From contig OX597825.1 in NCBI GenBank assembly GCA_951406725.2, positions 45,508,001 through 45,572,000 of the forward strand: DNA of 64,000 bases, given 5' to 3'. The DNA comes from Octopus vulgaris. Its lineage: Eukaryota. Shown here piece after piece: positions 1 to 21,147 of the stretch. The notes beneath the pieces were generated by a model. It saw nothing but the letters and a program-made list of their open reading frames with translations. It did not search any database and was not told where the DNA came from. Numbering within the stretch: the first letter of the stretch is position 1; each line of letters opens with the position of its first letter. The position numbers and the translations under genes are program-made.

Positions 1-1317
1 ACGTTCCTCGAAGAAACTAACCGTCTCACTGACACACAGCATGGCTTTCGCCCAGGAAGAAGCTGCCTTACGCAGCTGTTACAACACTACGACTGGGTAC
101 TGAAACAACTACTGGATCGCTCACAGGTGGATGTGGTATATCTCGACTTTGCGAAGGCCTTTGACAAAGTCGACCACGGAGTGATATGTCACAAATTACT
201 CAGACTCGGCATAACAGGAAAAGTAGGTGAGTGGATACATGACTTCCTGAAGGACAGAAGCCAGATGGTTGCAGCCAATGGAGCCCTCTCGGGAAAGACA
301 CCAATAGCAAGCGGGGTGCCACAGGGCACAGTCTTGGGACCCTTGCTGTTTTTGGTGGCGCTCTCTGACATGCCCTTGGTAGCACAAACAACATCCCTCA
401 CTAGCTATGCTGATGACACAAAGGTAGCACAGGCAATCAAAAACCCAGCTGATGCTGACCTTTTACAACAAGATCTGGATGCCATATACAAATGGGCTGA
501 AGACAACAACATGCAATTTAATGCTGGTAAATTTCAAGCCTTACAATATCAAGCTGTAAACACATATACATTACAACACAACTATACTGGTCCAGGAGGG
601 ATCGAAATCCCAGTATCGAAATCAATACGGGACCTGGGGATAGACATGAGTGACGATGCATCTTTTTCTTCACACATCGCGAAGGTGGCGACAATGTGCA
701 GACGACTCACTGGCTGGATCCTGAGGACATTCCGGACAAGAGACTGCGAGACCATGTTGACACTATGGAGGACATTTGTCCTAAGCCGCCTGGACTACTG
801 CTCCCAACTGTGGTCACCGCATAGTGTCAAACTAACCACAGAGCTTGAGACAATCCAAAGACATTTCACCAAGAGGATTTCCACCATGAAAGAAAAGAAC
901 TATTGGGAGAGGCTTAGGGAACTCAATTTGTACTCCTTGGAACGAAGACGAGAGAGATATGCAGTGATATACATATGGAAAATCCTGGAGGGACTAGCAC
1001 CAAATTTTGGAATTGAGAGCTGTTCCAATCCCCGTACAGGACGTCACTGTGTGGTGCCAAAGGTCCCGTCTTCCACATCCAGGGTAAGGAGCAGATACTG
1101 TAATAGCCTGGGGTTCAGGGGCCCTCAGCTTTTCAACAAACTGCCAAGAAAACTAAGAGATCTACATGATGCGGATGTGGACATTTTCAAAAAACATCTA
1201 GACAAGCTGCTTTCCGGGATCCCAGATGAACCCACTGCAAGGTACGAAGGTAACCTAAGGGCAGCAGCTACAAACTCTCTCTTAGATCAGTGGCCAGCCA
1301 CGGCAAACTGGACTTAG
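1..1317 (+). CDS. CR1/L2-group non-LTR retrotransposon ORF2, RT and C-terminal part (open off the left edge)
   Basis: Frame is open from base 1 ([15 protein letters not shown]). Contains [40 protein letters not shown] and LYSLERRR, with no stops. Confidence 0.93.
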   Translation, partial: TFLEETNRLTDTQHGFRPGRSCLTQLLQHYDWVLKQLLDRSQVDVVYLDFAKAFDKVDHGVICHKLLRLGITGKVGEWIHDFLKDRSQMVAANGALSGKTPIASGVPQGTVLGPLLFLVALSDMPLVAQTTSLTSYADDTKVAQAIKNPADADLLQQDLDAIYKWAEDNNMQFNAGKFQALQYQAVNTYTLQHNYTGPGGIEIPVSKSIRDLGIDMSDDASFSSHIAKVATMCRRLTGWILRTFRTRDCETMLTLWRTFVLSRLDYCSQLWSPHSVKLTTELETIQRHFTKRISTMKEKNYWERLRELNLYSLERRRERYAVIYIWKILEGLAPNFGIESCSNPRTGRHCVVPKVPSSTSRVRSRYCNSLGFRGPQLFNKLPRKLRDLHDADVDIFKKHLDKLLSGIPDEPTARYEGNLRAAATNSLLDQWPATANWT

Positions 1318-2820
<1,503 letters not shown>

Positions 2821-3107
2821 CAAGATAAAACTCTGAGTTTCAGATGCCGAAGCCAGAAGTGGAAATCCACAACACCATCTCTTCGGTTATCTGGCTATTT
2901 GAAAACGTTATGAAAAAATACCGTTAAAAATGAAGGGAAATTACTCTGTTATAACTCTGCTTTGCCTGCGTACTTATACATCGCTCGCATTTTTCGTGAT
3001 AAAAATTATATAAAATACATAAAAATATATAAAAATATATAAAAAATATATAAAATCTTCTTGGGACATAACATGATCCGAAAAGTTCTGTCCTTGTATT
3101 TAGACAT

Positions 3108-3446
3108 GTGGGCCTGACAGAGGGTAATTTCAAGGCCAGGTTCAATAACCACACTTTGAGCTTTAGGCACTGGAACAAAAGAAAAGCGACACAATTATCC
3201 AATCATATTTGGTCTTTAAGAGATAAAGGTGTCGATTATAACATACAATGGAAGATTTTGGCCAGATGTAAGCCCTACACTAACGGCAGCGGAAGGTGCG
3301 GTTTATGCGACATGGAGAGATGGCTTATCTGGAAAAGCAGCTTAGACCCTACCACATGTCTAAATACAAGGACAGAACTTTTCGGATCATGCCCACATGT
3401 GACTAAATTTCTGTTACGTTTTTGGTCCCCTAAAGAAAACGGATAG
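3108..3446 (+). pseudogene. GIY-YIG endonuclease fragment of a Penelope-like element
   Basis: GLTEGNFKARFNNH..SF, T.LSNHIW.L, C.LC..E and LN.R.E...CPH are typical of the PLE endonuclease C-terminus. Confidence 0.85.
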
Positions 3447-3643
3447 AACATGCTTTCTGTGTTATGTCCCAAGAAGATTTTATATATTTTTTATATATTT
3501 TTATATATTTTTATGTATTTTATATAATTTTTATGACGAAAAAAATGCGAGCGATGTATAAGTTACGCAGGCAAAGCAGAGTTATAACAGAGTAATTTCC
3601 CTTCATTTTTAACGGTATTTTTTCATAACGTTTTCAAATAGCC

Positions 3644-3706
3644 AGATAACCGAAGAGATGGTGTTGTGGATTTCCACTTCGGCATCTGAAACTCAGAGTT
3701 TTATCT
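3644..3706 (+). ncRNA. Variant type I hammerhead-ribozyme-like motif in the pLTR (mirror copies at ~2823-2892 and ~12204-12266, minus strand)
   Basis: Stem I AGATAA/TTATCT; core CCGAAGA...(T)GAAA; stem II GATG/CATC plus GTGGA-TT-TCCAC; stem III CTC-A-GAG; GUU triplet. Confidence 0.55.
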
Positions 3707-3801
3707 TGACTACCGAGTAATGTAACATATTGTATAGATAAATTTCTCTATTTACATAATATTGAGGTCTCTTTCTTTCTTTTGTTATCTTACCGTTTTA
3801 T

Positions 3802-5525
<1,724 letters not shown>

Positions 5526-5536
5526 TATATATATGT

Positions 5537-9927
<4,391 letters not shown>

Positions 9928-10052
9928 GTTAGGAAGGGCATCCAGCTGTATGCATGCCAAATTTACTGGAGCTGGTGCAACTTCTGGCTTCCCAGAACCC
10001 CGGTCGGGCCGTCCAACCCCACATGCTAGCATGAAGTTAAACGACGATGATG

Positions 10053-10212
<160 letters not shown>

Positions 10213-10231
10213 TTATATATATATATATGTG

Positions 10232-10428
<197 letters not shown>

Positions 10429-10479
10429 CTCTTTCTGTCTTTTTACTTGTTTCAGCCATCAGCTGAGGGTATATATATA

Positions 10480-10534
<55 letters not shown>

Positions 10535-11061
10535 GCTATTTCTGAAAAGTTCAGTGTGTGTATATTCTTTTACCATATTTTTATAAATTAATACTTCAAA
10601 TGTAATTAATTAATTAATTCGATTTTCATAACAATATAATGCTCTCTCTCTCCGAAATTTAAACAGTTTTACCTCTGTAAATGGAATGCTCTATGAAAAG
10701 CTCACGTGGGATGACAGGAGATAATAGATCTCATTCATGTTTTGGATTAGCTAATATGAGTGTCTGGCATAGTTTGTCCGATGTTGCAATATCAGACGGG
10801 TATGTTTGATTCTTAGTATTTTCAAATCTAAATCAAATGTAACTAGTGAAGGAAAAAGTGGCATTTACCACAAATCCAAAAAGTAGACTGTCCCTCAGGT
10901 AGTATTATATATGTGTCTTTCATTGTTTTCCCTTCTGGTATTTTTCTACATATGTTAACTGGAGACTTTATTTGCAGTTGAAGAAATAGCCAAATTTTTA
11001 ATATGAAAAAGTTGAGTAATGTGTACAAAGTGAAATTCTTTACTTTACCATATAAATTAAT

Positions 11062-11292
<231 letters not shown>

Positions 11293-11302
11293 CATATATA
11301 TA

Positions 11303-11574
<272 letters not shown>

Positions 11575-11638
11575 ATATATATATTACATATATATATTAT
11601 ATATATATATATATATTATATGTATATATATATATATT

Positions 11639-11673
<35 letters not shown>

Positions 11674-11695
11674 ATATATATATTATATATATATA

Positions 11696-11834
<139 letters not shown>

Positions 11835-11844
11835 CATATATATA

Positions 11845-11975
<131 letters not shown>

Positions 11976-11978
11976 TGA

Positions 11979-12799
<821 letters not shown>

Positions 12800-12899
12800 N
12801 NNNNNNNNNNNNNNNNNNNNNNNNNNNNNNNNNNNNNNNNNNNNNNNNNNNNNNNNNNNNNNNNNNNNNNNNNNNNNNNNNNNNNNNNNNNNNNNNNNN
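12800..12899. other. Assembly gap (100 N)
   Basis: Run of N. Confidence 1.
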
Positions 12900-12989
12900 T
12901 AGCCTCTTCCACTATCAGACATTGTTTACTCATAAAAATAATGGTCCTTTACAACTGAATACTTGGTATGATTAATAACTAATTATTGT

Positions 12990-13064
12990 TGATATATGCA
13001 TGTGTGTGTATATATATGTGTGTATATGTGTATATGTACATGTGTGTATATGTATGTATGTATG

Positions 13065-13135
<71 letters not shown>

Positions 13136-13392
13136 GTATATATGTATATATATATATACATATATGTATGTGTGTGTATATGTGTATTATGTGTGTATAT
13201 GTTTATATATATGTATGTGTGTGTGTATATGTATATATGTGTATATATATGAGTGTACGCGAGTATGTCGATGTATATGTAGGTATGTAGAGTTATGTGT
13301 ATGTGCAGGTATGCGAGTGTGGATACAAATTGTAGATGTGTATATATATGTATGTGTATGTGTGAATGTATGTAGGTATATGTATGTGTGTG

Positions 13393-13431
<39 letters not shown>

Positions 13432-13507
13432 GTATAGTATGTAGAGATATAAGTATGTGCATGTGTATATATATATATATATATATATGGGTATGTGTAT
13501 ATGTATG

Positions 13508-13552
<45 letters not shown>

Positions 13553-13701
13553 TTGTGTATGTATGCATATACGTATGTAGGTATGTATGTGCATGTGTAT
13601 GTATATATGTGTGTAAGTGTGTGTATATATGTAAATGTAAGTGTGTGTGCTTGTATGAGAATGTATGTATGTTTGCACACATGTATATGTGTGTGTATGT
13701 G

Positions 13702-13752
<51 letters not shown>

Positions 13753-15075
13753 GTGTATATATATGTGTATGTATATATATGTGTATGTGTGTGTGTGTGT
13801 ATACATGTGTGTATGTGTATGTATGTATGTATATATATGCGTGTGCATGGGTATGTGTATATGTACATATACGCGTACGCTCGTGTGTTTATGTATATGT
13901 AGGTACGTAGAGTTATCTATGTGTGTATTTATATGTACATGTGTAAGTATGTATATATGTATATATATATGTGTATGTGTGTGTGTGTATATATGTATGT
14001 ATGTGTGTATGTGTATATATATGTGTATATTTGTATGTATATATATATATATATATATCTATGTGTGTAAGTTTATATGTATGTATCCGTCTATATAATA
14101 GGTAACTGCACGTACATATACTTAATATAAATTACTTAATATTTATTATTTATTTTTTGAGTATGCATGTATGAATAACTGCGCGTATATATATTTTACT
14201 ATTTACTTATTTTTTGAGTATGCATGTAAGTATGAATATATATATATGTATATATATATATACATGTATGTATTTGTATGTAGGTGTACGTGTATGTGTG
14301 TGTATTTATATTTATTGGTGTATATGTATAGACTAGCCTTCTAAGAGTGTAGACATGAATCTGTAGGTACGCGTACGTATGTGTATATACGTGAATGTAT
14401 GTAGATGTATGTATGTATGAATATAACACGTGCGTGCGTGTATGCGTATGAGTGTACGAATGAGTGAGTGTACGTGCTAAAGAGTGTGCGTGAGTGAATG
14501 AGTGCTTGTTTTCCAGTAGCCGGATAAATGGACTGGCTGTCATAGCCAAGATGTTTGTGACCAAGCGGCCAAAGATAACAAAAGTAATAAACGAAGATAA
14601 TAAAATTAAAATTAGGGAATGGGTCTGTATTTGTATGTGTATATATATATGTGTGTATGTGTAGGTATGCATAGGTACACATATGTATATATATATATAT
14701 ATATATGTATATGTATATATATATGTGTATGTATATGTATGTGTGTGTATATATGTGTGTATGTGTATATAGGGACTAGTGTGATGTGTGTGTATGGATT
14801 TGTGTGTGTATGCGTGTATGTGAGTATGTGTGTGTATGTGTATATATATTTTTCTGTGTGTATATGTATGTGTGGTCGTGTGTGTATATATACATGTGTG
14901 TATACGTGTATGCATGTGAGTGTGTGTATGTATACATATATGTGTATGTGTAGATATGTATATGTATGTGTAAGTGTATATATATGTATATATATATGTG
15001 TGTGTATGTATGTGTGTATGTATATGTATATATGTTTGTATGCGTGTGTATATATGTATACATATGTGCATAGGT
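12990..15075. repeat. Degenerate (TA/TG/TATG)n low-complexity tract
   Basis: Direct reading, with short non-repetitive islands near 14100-14220 and 14505-14625. Confidence 0.93.
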
Positions 15076-15383
15076 ATAAGTGAGAATCTCCTTATTTACC
15101 TAAAACTCTTATTCCCCCTTTTTTTATATATATATTTTATTTTTTTTAATTTTTTTTTTTTATTTATTCTTCTATCTAATTTAACACTGACTCCTTGACC
15201 ACTCCCCCAAGTATGATATTTTGCGCTATGCCTAACCCCCACCAACGTCCCCCAAAAGTCCCCCACCAACACCCCTTTAAACCTGCCTAAATGTATAAAT
15301 GCCAATACAATTCTTGTTAACTAGCTTCCTGAAGATTTCTCTTGAATGAAACAGTTCTAGTCCTGTAGAAGCTCCTTCTATAT

Positions 15384-15627
<244 letters not shown>

Positions 15628-16302
15628 AGAAAATTTAAAAACATTTATATATATATCTATTATATATAGTTTACCATTAAACAATATATATCGTATAAGA
15701 AATTAGATATGTTTTTTTAATTTTCTCCTGGTTTATGGAATTAATGTTATTTTGCGGTTGAAGCTTTGGCTGTTATTTCTAGTGGGTGAATGGCCTATTA
15801 TGGCCATTCGTTGATTGTGATGTTGAACTTATAAATGGTTTATGACTATTTAATTTTTTCCCACTAGGCCGCTGGTGGCAAATAAATTCTACGAAATTTT
15901 TTGCCACCCTATATTGATTAATTATATATCATCATCATCATCATCGTTTAACGTCCGCTTTCCGCGCTAGCACGGGTTGGACGGTTTGACCGGGTCTGGG
16001 AAGCCAGGGGCCGCACCAGGCTCCAGTCTGAATCTGGCAGAGTTTCTACGGCTGGATGCCCTTCCTAACGCCAACCACTCCGTGAGTGGATTGGGTGCTT
16101 TTACGTGCCACCTGCACAGGGGCCGGAGGGTCCGGCATCGTCACGATCGGTTCGAGCATTTTAACGTGTCAGCGGCACGGGGGCAACGAGGTCCAGGGTA
16201 CTTTGGGGATCCGGGTACTTTGGGGATCCGGGGTACTTAGAATGGGTAGGTGGTATGTGGAATTGCTGCAGAAAGCAGCCCGGGTCTTTGTAGTCACAGC
16301 AT

Positions 16303-16660
16303 TTATCGTCACTGAGTAACGTAATTAGGTAGAGGAAAGAAATACAGATATTCTAGAGTTGAGTTGGGGTGGGGTCCAGTTGAGGCGGGTAATATAGGGG
16401 AGCAACCAGTGGGGAAGGTTGGGGTAAGGAGGAACGATGGCAGGAAGGGTTGGTGTAGGTTCCTAAGAAATAAAGACATTCGTTATCGTCACTGAGTAAC
16501 GTAATTAGGTAGAGGAAAGAAATACAGATATTCTAGAGTTGAGTTGGGGAGGGGGGTCCAGTTGAGGCGGGTAATATAGGGGAGCAACCAGTGGGGAAGG
16601 TTGGGGTAAGGGAGGAACGATGGCAGGAAGGGTTGGTGTAGGTTCCTAAGAAATAAAAAC
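16303..16660. repeat. ~180-bp direct duplication within the composite element
   Basis: ttatcgtcactgagtaacgtaattaggtagagg...aggttcctaagaaataaa occurs twice. Confidence 0.9.
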
Positions 16661-16863
16661 GTAGGATATTACGAGGCGGGAGGGTACTAAAGGGGATGGT
16701 CGGAATGAGGCAGTGTCAGGATGAAGCGTAAGATCGGTGGGCAGTTGATGAGCTATGGCGCTAGCAGCTTGTCTTTTCACAGTGAAAGCATATGAGGAGA
16801 AGGGGTAGTGGGAGGGAGTAGGGCGTACCCGGTGTAGATGAGTAAGGCGTATCCGGTGTAGAT

Positions 16864-17008
16864 GGTGAGAACAGGGTATACTGGTATTGGTGGTGGGGGG
16901 TGAGAACAGTGTTCACCGGTATTGGTGGTGGTGGCGGTGAGAACAGTGTTCACCGGTATTGGTGGTGGGGGTGAGAACAGTGTTCATCGGTATTGGTGGT
17001 GGGGGGGC
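16864..17008. repeat. ~33-37-bp VNTR, 4 copies
   Basis: Repeated ggtgagaacagtgttcaccggtattggtggtggg; single copy in the paralogue at ~34483-34525. Confidence 0.85.
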
Positions 17009-17014
17009 GGGCGC

Positions 17015-20000
17015 ACCGCCAATGGCGAAGAGATGGGATTACGGCTTGAGGTAGCCTAAGGTTAAATTTTGTAGAGAGAGAGATAGGAAAGATAAATCAA
17101 GTTATGGCGAAGGCTTGAAAGTAGCCTAAAAGGTTAAATTTTCGTAACAATGTATGAATAAACGTAGTAACAACGAATAAAAATAGTAAGATAAATTTTA
17201 AGAACTTGCTGCGGGCATCGATCGGGAGTTGAAATTGAAGAAGAAAGTAAGTTGAATTGGGAATTTAAATTGCAGAATCGTAATGGTAATGGCGATTTTC
17301 AAGTTTTAGCATAAGAAGAAGAAGAGGAGGAAAAAAGACCGCCAATGGCGGAAAGATGGGAAGAGATGGGATTACGGCTTGAGGTAGCCTAAGGTTAAAT
17401 TTTGTAGAGAGAGAGATAGGAAAGATAAATCAAGTTATGGCGAAGGCTTGAAAGTAGCCTAAAAGGTTAAATTTTCGTAACAATGTATGAATAAACGTAG
17501 TAACAACGAATAAAAATAGTAAGATAAATTTTTAAGAACTTGCTGCGGGCATCGATCGGGAGTTGAAATTGAAGAAGAAAGTAAGTTGAATTGGGAATTT
17601 AAATTGCAGAATCGTAATGGTAATGGCGATTTTCAAGTTTTAGCATAAGAAGAAGAAGAGGAGGAAAAGACCGCCAATGGCGGAAAGATGGGAAGAGATG
17701 GGATTACGGCTTGAGGTAGCCTAAGGTTAAATTTTGTAGAGAGAGAGATAGGAAAGATAAATCAAGTTATGGCGAAGGCTTGAAAGTAGCCTAAAAGGTT
17801 AAATTTTCGTAACAATGTATGAATAAACGTAGTAACAACGAATAAAAATAGTAAGATAAATTTTTAAGAACTTGCTGCGGGCATCGATCGGGAGTTGAAA
17901 TTGAAGAAGAAAGTAAGTTGAATTGGGAATTTAAATTGCAGAATCGTAATGGTAATGGCGATTTTCAAGTTTTAGCATAAGAAGAAGAAGAGGAGGAAAA
18001 AGACCGCCAATGGCGGAAAGATGGGAAGAGATGGGATTACGGCTTGAGGTAGCCTAAGGTTAAATTTTGTAGAGAGAGAGATAGGAAAGATAAATCAAGT
18101 TATGGCGAAGGCTTGAAAGTAGCCTAAAAGGTTAAATTTTCGTAACAATGTATGAATAAACGTAGTAACAACGAATAAAAATAGTAAGATAAATTTTTAA
18201 GAACTTGCTGCGGGCATCGATCGGGAGTTGAAATTGAAGAAGAAAGTAAGTTGAATTGGGAATTTAAATTGCAGAATCGTAATGGTAATGGCGATTTTCA
18301 AGTTTTAGCATAAGAAGAAGAAGAGGAGGAAAAGACCGCCAATGGCGGAAAGATGGGAAGAGATGGGATTACGGCTTGAGGTAGCCTAAGGTTAAATTTT
18401 GTAGAGAGAGAGATAGGAAAGATAAATCAAGTTATGGCGAAGGCTTGAAAGTAGCCTAAAAGGTTAAATTTTCGTAACAATGTATGAATAAACGTAGTAA
18501 CAACGAATAAAAATAGTAAGATAAATTTTTAAGAACTTGCTGCGGGCATCGATCGGGAGTTGAAATTGAAGAAGAAAGTAAGTTGAATTGGGAATTTAAA
18601 TTGCAGAATCGTAATGGTAATGGCGATTTTCAAGTTTTAGCATAAGAAGAAGAAGAGGAGGAAAAAGACCGCCAATGGCGGAAAGATGGGAAGAGATGGG
18701 ATTACGGCTTGAGGTAGCCTAAGGTTAAATTTTGTAGAGAGAGAGATAGGAAAGATAAATCAAGTTATGGCGAAGGCTTGAAAGTAGCCTAAAAGGTTAA
18801 ATTTTCGTAACAATGTATGAATAAACGTAGTAACAACGAATAAAAATAGTAAGATAAATTTTTAAGAACTTGCTGCGGGCATCGATCGGGAGTTGAAATT
18901 GAAGAAGAAAGTAAGTTGAATTGGGAATTTAAATTGCAGAATCGTAATGGTAATGGCGATTTTCAAGTTTTAGCATAAGAAGAAGAAGAGGAGGAAAAAG
19001 ACCGCCAATGGCGGAAAGATGGGAAGAGATGGGATTACGGCTTGAGGTAGCCTAAGGTTAAATTTTGTAGAGAGAGAGATAGGAAAGATAAATCAAGTTA
19101 TGGCGAAGGCTTGAAAGTAGCCTAAAAGGTTAAATTTTCGTAACAATGTATGAATAAACGTAGTAACAACGAATAAAAATAGTAAGATAAATTTTTAAGA
19201 ACTTGCTGCGGGCATCGATCGGGAGTTGAAATTGAAGAAGAAAGTAAGTTGAATTGGGAATTTAAATTGCAGAATCGTAATGGTAATGGCGATTTTCAAG
19301 TTTTAGCATAAGAAGAAGAAGAGGAGGAAAAAGACCGCCAATGGCGGAAAGATGGGAAGAGATGGGATTACGGCTTGAGGTAGCCTAAGGTTAAATTTTG
19401 TAGAGAGAGAGATAGGAAAGATAAATCAAGTTATGGCGAAGGCTTGAAAGTAGCCTAAAAGGTTAAATTTTCGTAACAATGTATGAATAAACGTAGTAAC
19501 AACGAATAAAAATAGTAAGATAAATTTTTAAGAACTTGCTGCGGGCATCGATCGGGAGTTGAAATTGAAGAAGAAAGTAAGTTGAATTGGGAATTTAAAT
19601 TGCAGAATCGTAATGGTAATGGCAATTTTCAAGTTTTAGCATAAGAAGAAGAAGAGGAGGAAAAAGACCGCCAATGGCGGAAAGATGGGAAGAGATGGGA
19701 TTACGGCTTGAGGTAGCCTAAGGTTAAATTTTGTAGAGAGAGAGATAGGAAAGATAAATCAAGTTATGGCGAAGGCTTGAAAGTAGCCTAAAAGGTTAAA
19801 TTTTCGTAACAATGTATGAATAAACGTAGTAACAACGAATAAAAATAGTAAGATAAATTTTTAAGAACTTGCTGCGGGCATCGATCGGGAGTTGAAATTG
19901 AAGAAGAAAGTAAGTTGAATTGGGAATTTAAATTGCAGAATCGTAATGGTAATGGCGATTTTCAAGTTTTAGCATAAGAAGAAGAAGAGGAGGAAAAAGA

Positions 20001-20406
20001 CCGCCAATGGCGGAAAGATGGGAAGAGATGGGATTACGGCTTGAGGTAGCCTAAGGTTAAATTTTGTAGAGAGAGAGATAGGAAAGATAAATCAAGTTAT
20101 GGCGAAGGCTTGAAAGTAGCCTAAAAGGTTAAATTTTCGTAACAATGTATGAATAAACGTAGTAACAACGAATAAAAATAGTAAGATAAATTTTTAAGAA
20201 CTTGCTGCGGGCATCGATCGGGAGTTGAAATTGAAGAAGAAAGTAAGTTGAATTGGGAATTTAAATTGCAGAATCGTAATGGTAATGGCGATTTTCAAGT
20301 TTTAGCATAAGAAGAAGAAGAGGAGGAAAAAGACCGCCAATGGCGGAAAGATGGGAAGAGATGGGATTACGGCTTGAGGTAGCCTAAGGTTAAATTCTGT
20401 AGAGAG

Positions 20407-20411
<5 letters not shown>
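17015..20411. repeat. Tandem array of 333-bp monomers (10 units plus a partial one)
   Basis: Unit starts (accgccaatggcg) at 17015, 17338, 17670, 18003, 18335, 18668, 19001, 19334, 19667, 20000 and 20333. Units are almost identical. Confidence 0.97.
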
Positions 20412-20454
<43 letters not shown>

Positions 20455-20514
20455 ATATATTTATATATATATATATATATTTTATATATTTATATATATA
20501 TTTATATATATATT

Positions 20515-20615
<101 letters not shown>

Positions 20616-20623
20616 GTATATAT

Positions 20624-20680
<57 letters not shown>

Positions 20681-20925
20681 TATATACATATCTACATATA
20701 TATATATATGTATATATGTATGTATATATGTATATATGTATGTATATGTGTATATATGTATGTATATATGTATGTATATATGTATGTATATATGTATATA
20801 TGTATGTGTATATGTATATATATATGTATTTATGTATGTATATATGTGTATATATATGTATATATATATGTATATATATATGTATATGTATATATATATG
20901 TATATATGTATATATATATGTATAT

Positions 20926-21118
20926 CATCATCATCGTTGAACGTCCGTTCTCCATGCTAGCATGGGTTGGACGGTTCGACCGGGGTTCTGGGAAGCCAGA
21001 AGGCTGCACCAGGCTCCAGTCTAATCTGGCAATGTTTCTACAGCTGGATGCCCTTCCTAACGCCAACCACTCCGTGAGTGTAGTGGGTGCTTTTTACGTG
21101 CCACCTGCACAGGTGCCA
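20926..21118 (-). mobile_element. 5'-truncated RTE 3' tail
   Basis: Same tail as 44400-44578. Confidence 0.85.
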
Positions 21119-21147
21119 ATATATATATGTATATATATATGTATATA

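Larger units (their letters stand above)
15928..20411 (-). mobile_element. Composite non-autonomous retroelement: 333-bp monomer array, VNTR, unique body and RTE 3' tail with (GAT)n
   Basis: Tail 15928-16120 matches the RTE 3' UTR. Body 16120-17014 is shared with 34110-34542. The array is contiguous with the body, and no ORF is present. Confidence 0.75.

Noticed and set aside
17015-20411. 333-bp (111-codon) unit as a coding repeat or an RNA-gene array
   Set aside because: The ORF track shows nothing here, stops are frequent, and no 5S, tRNA or snRNA sequence is recognisable.
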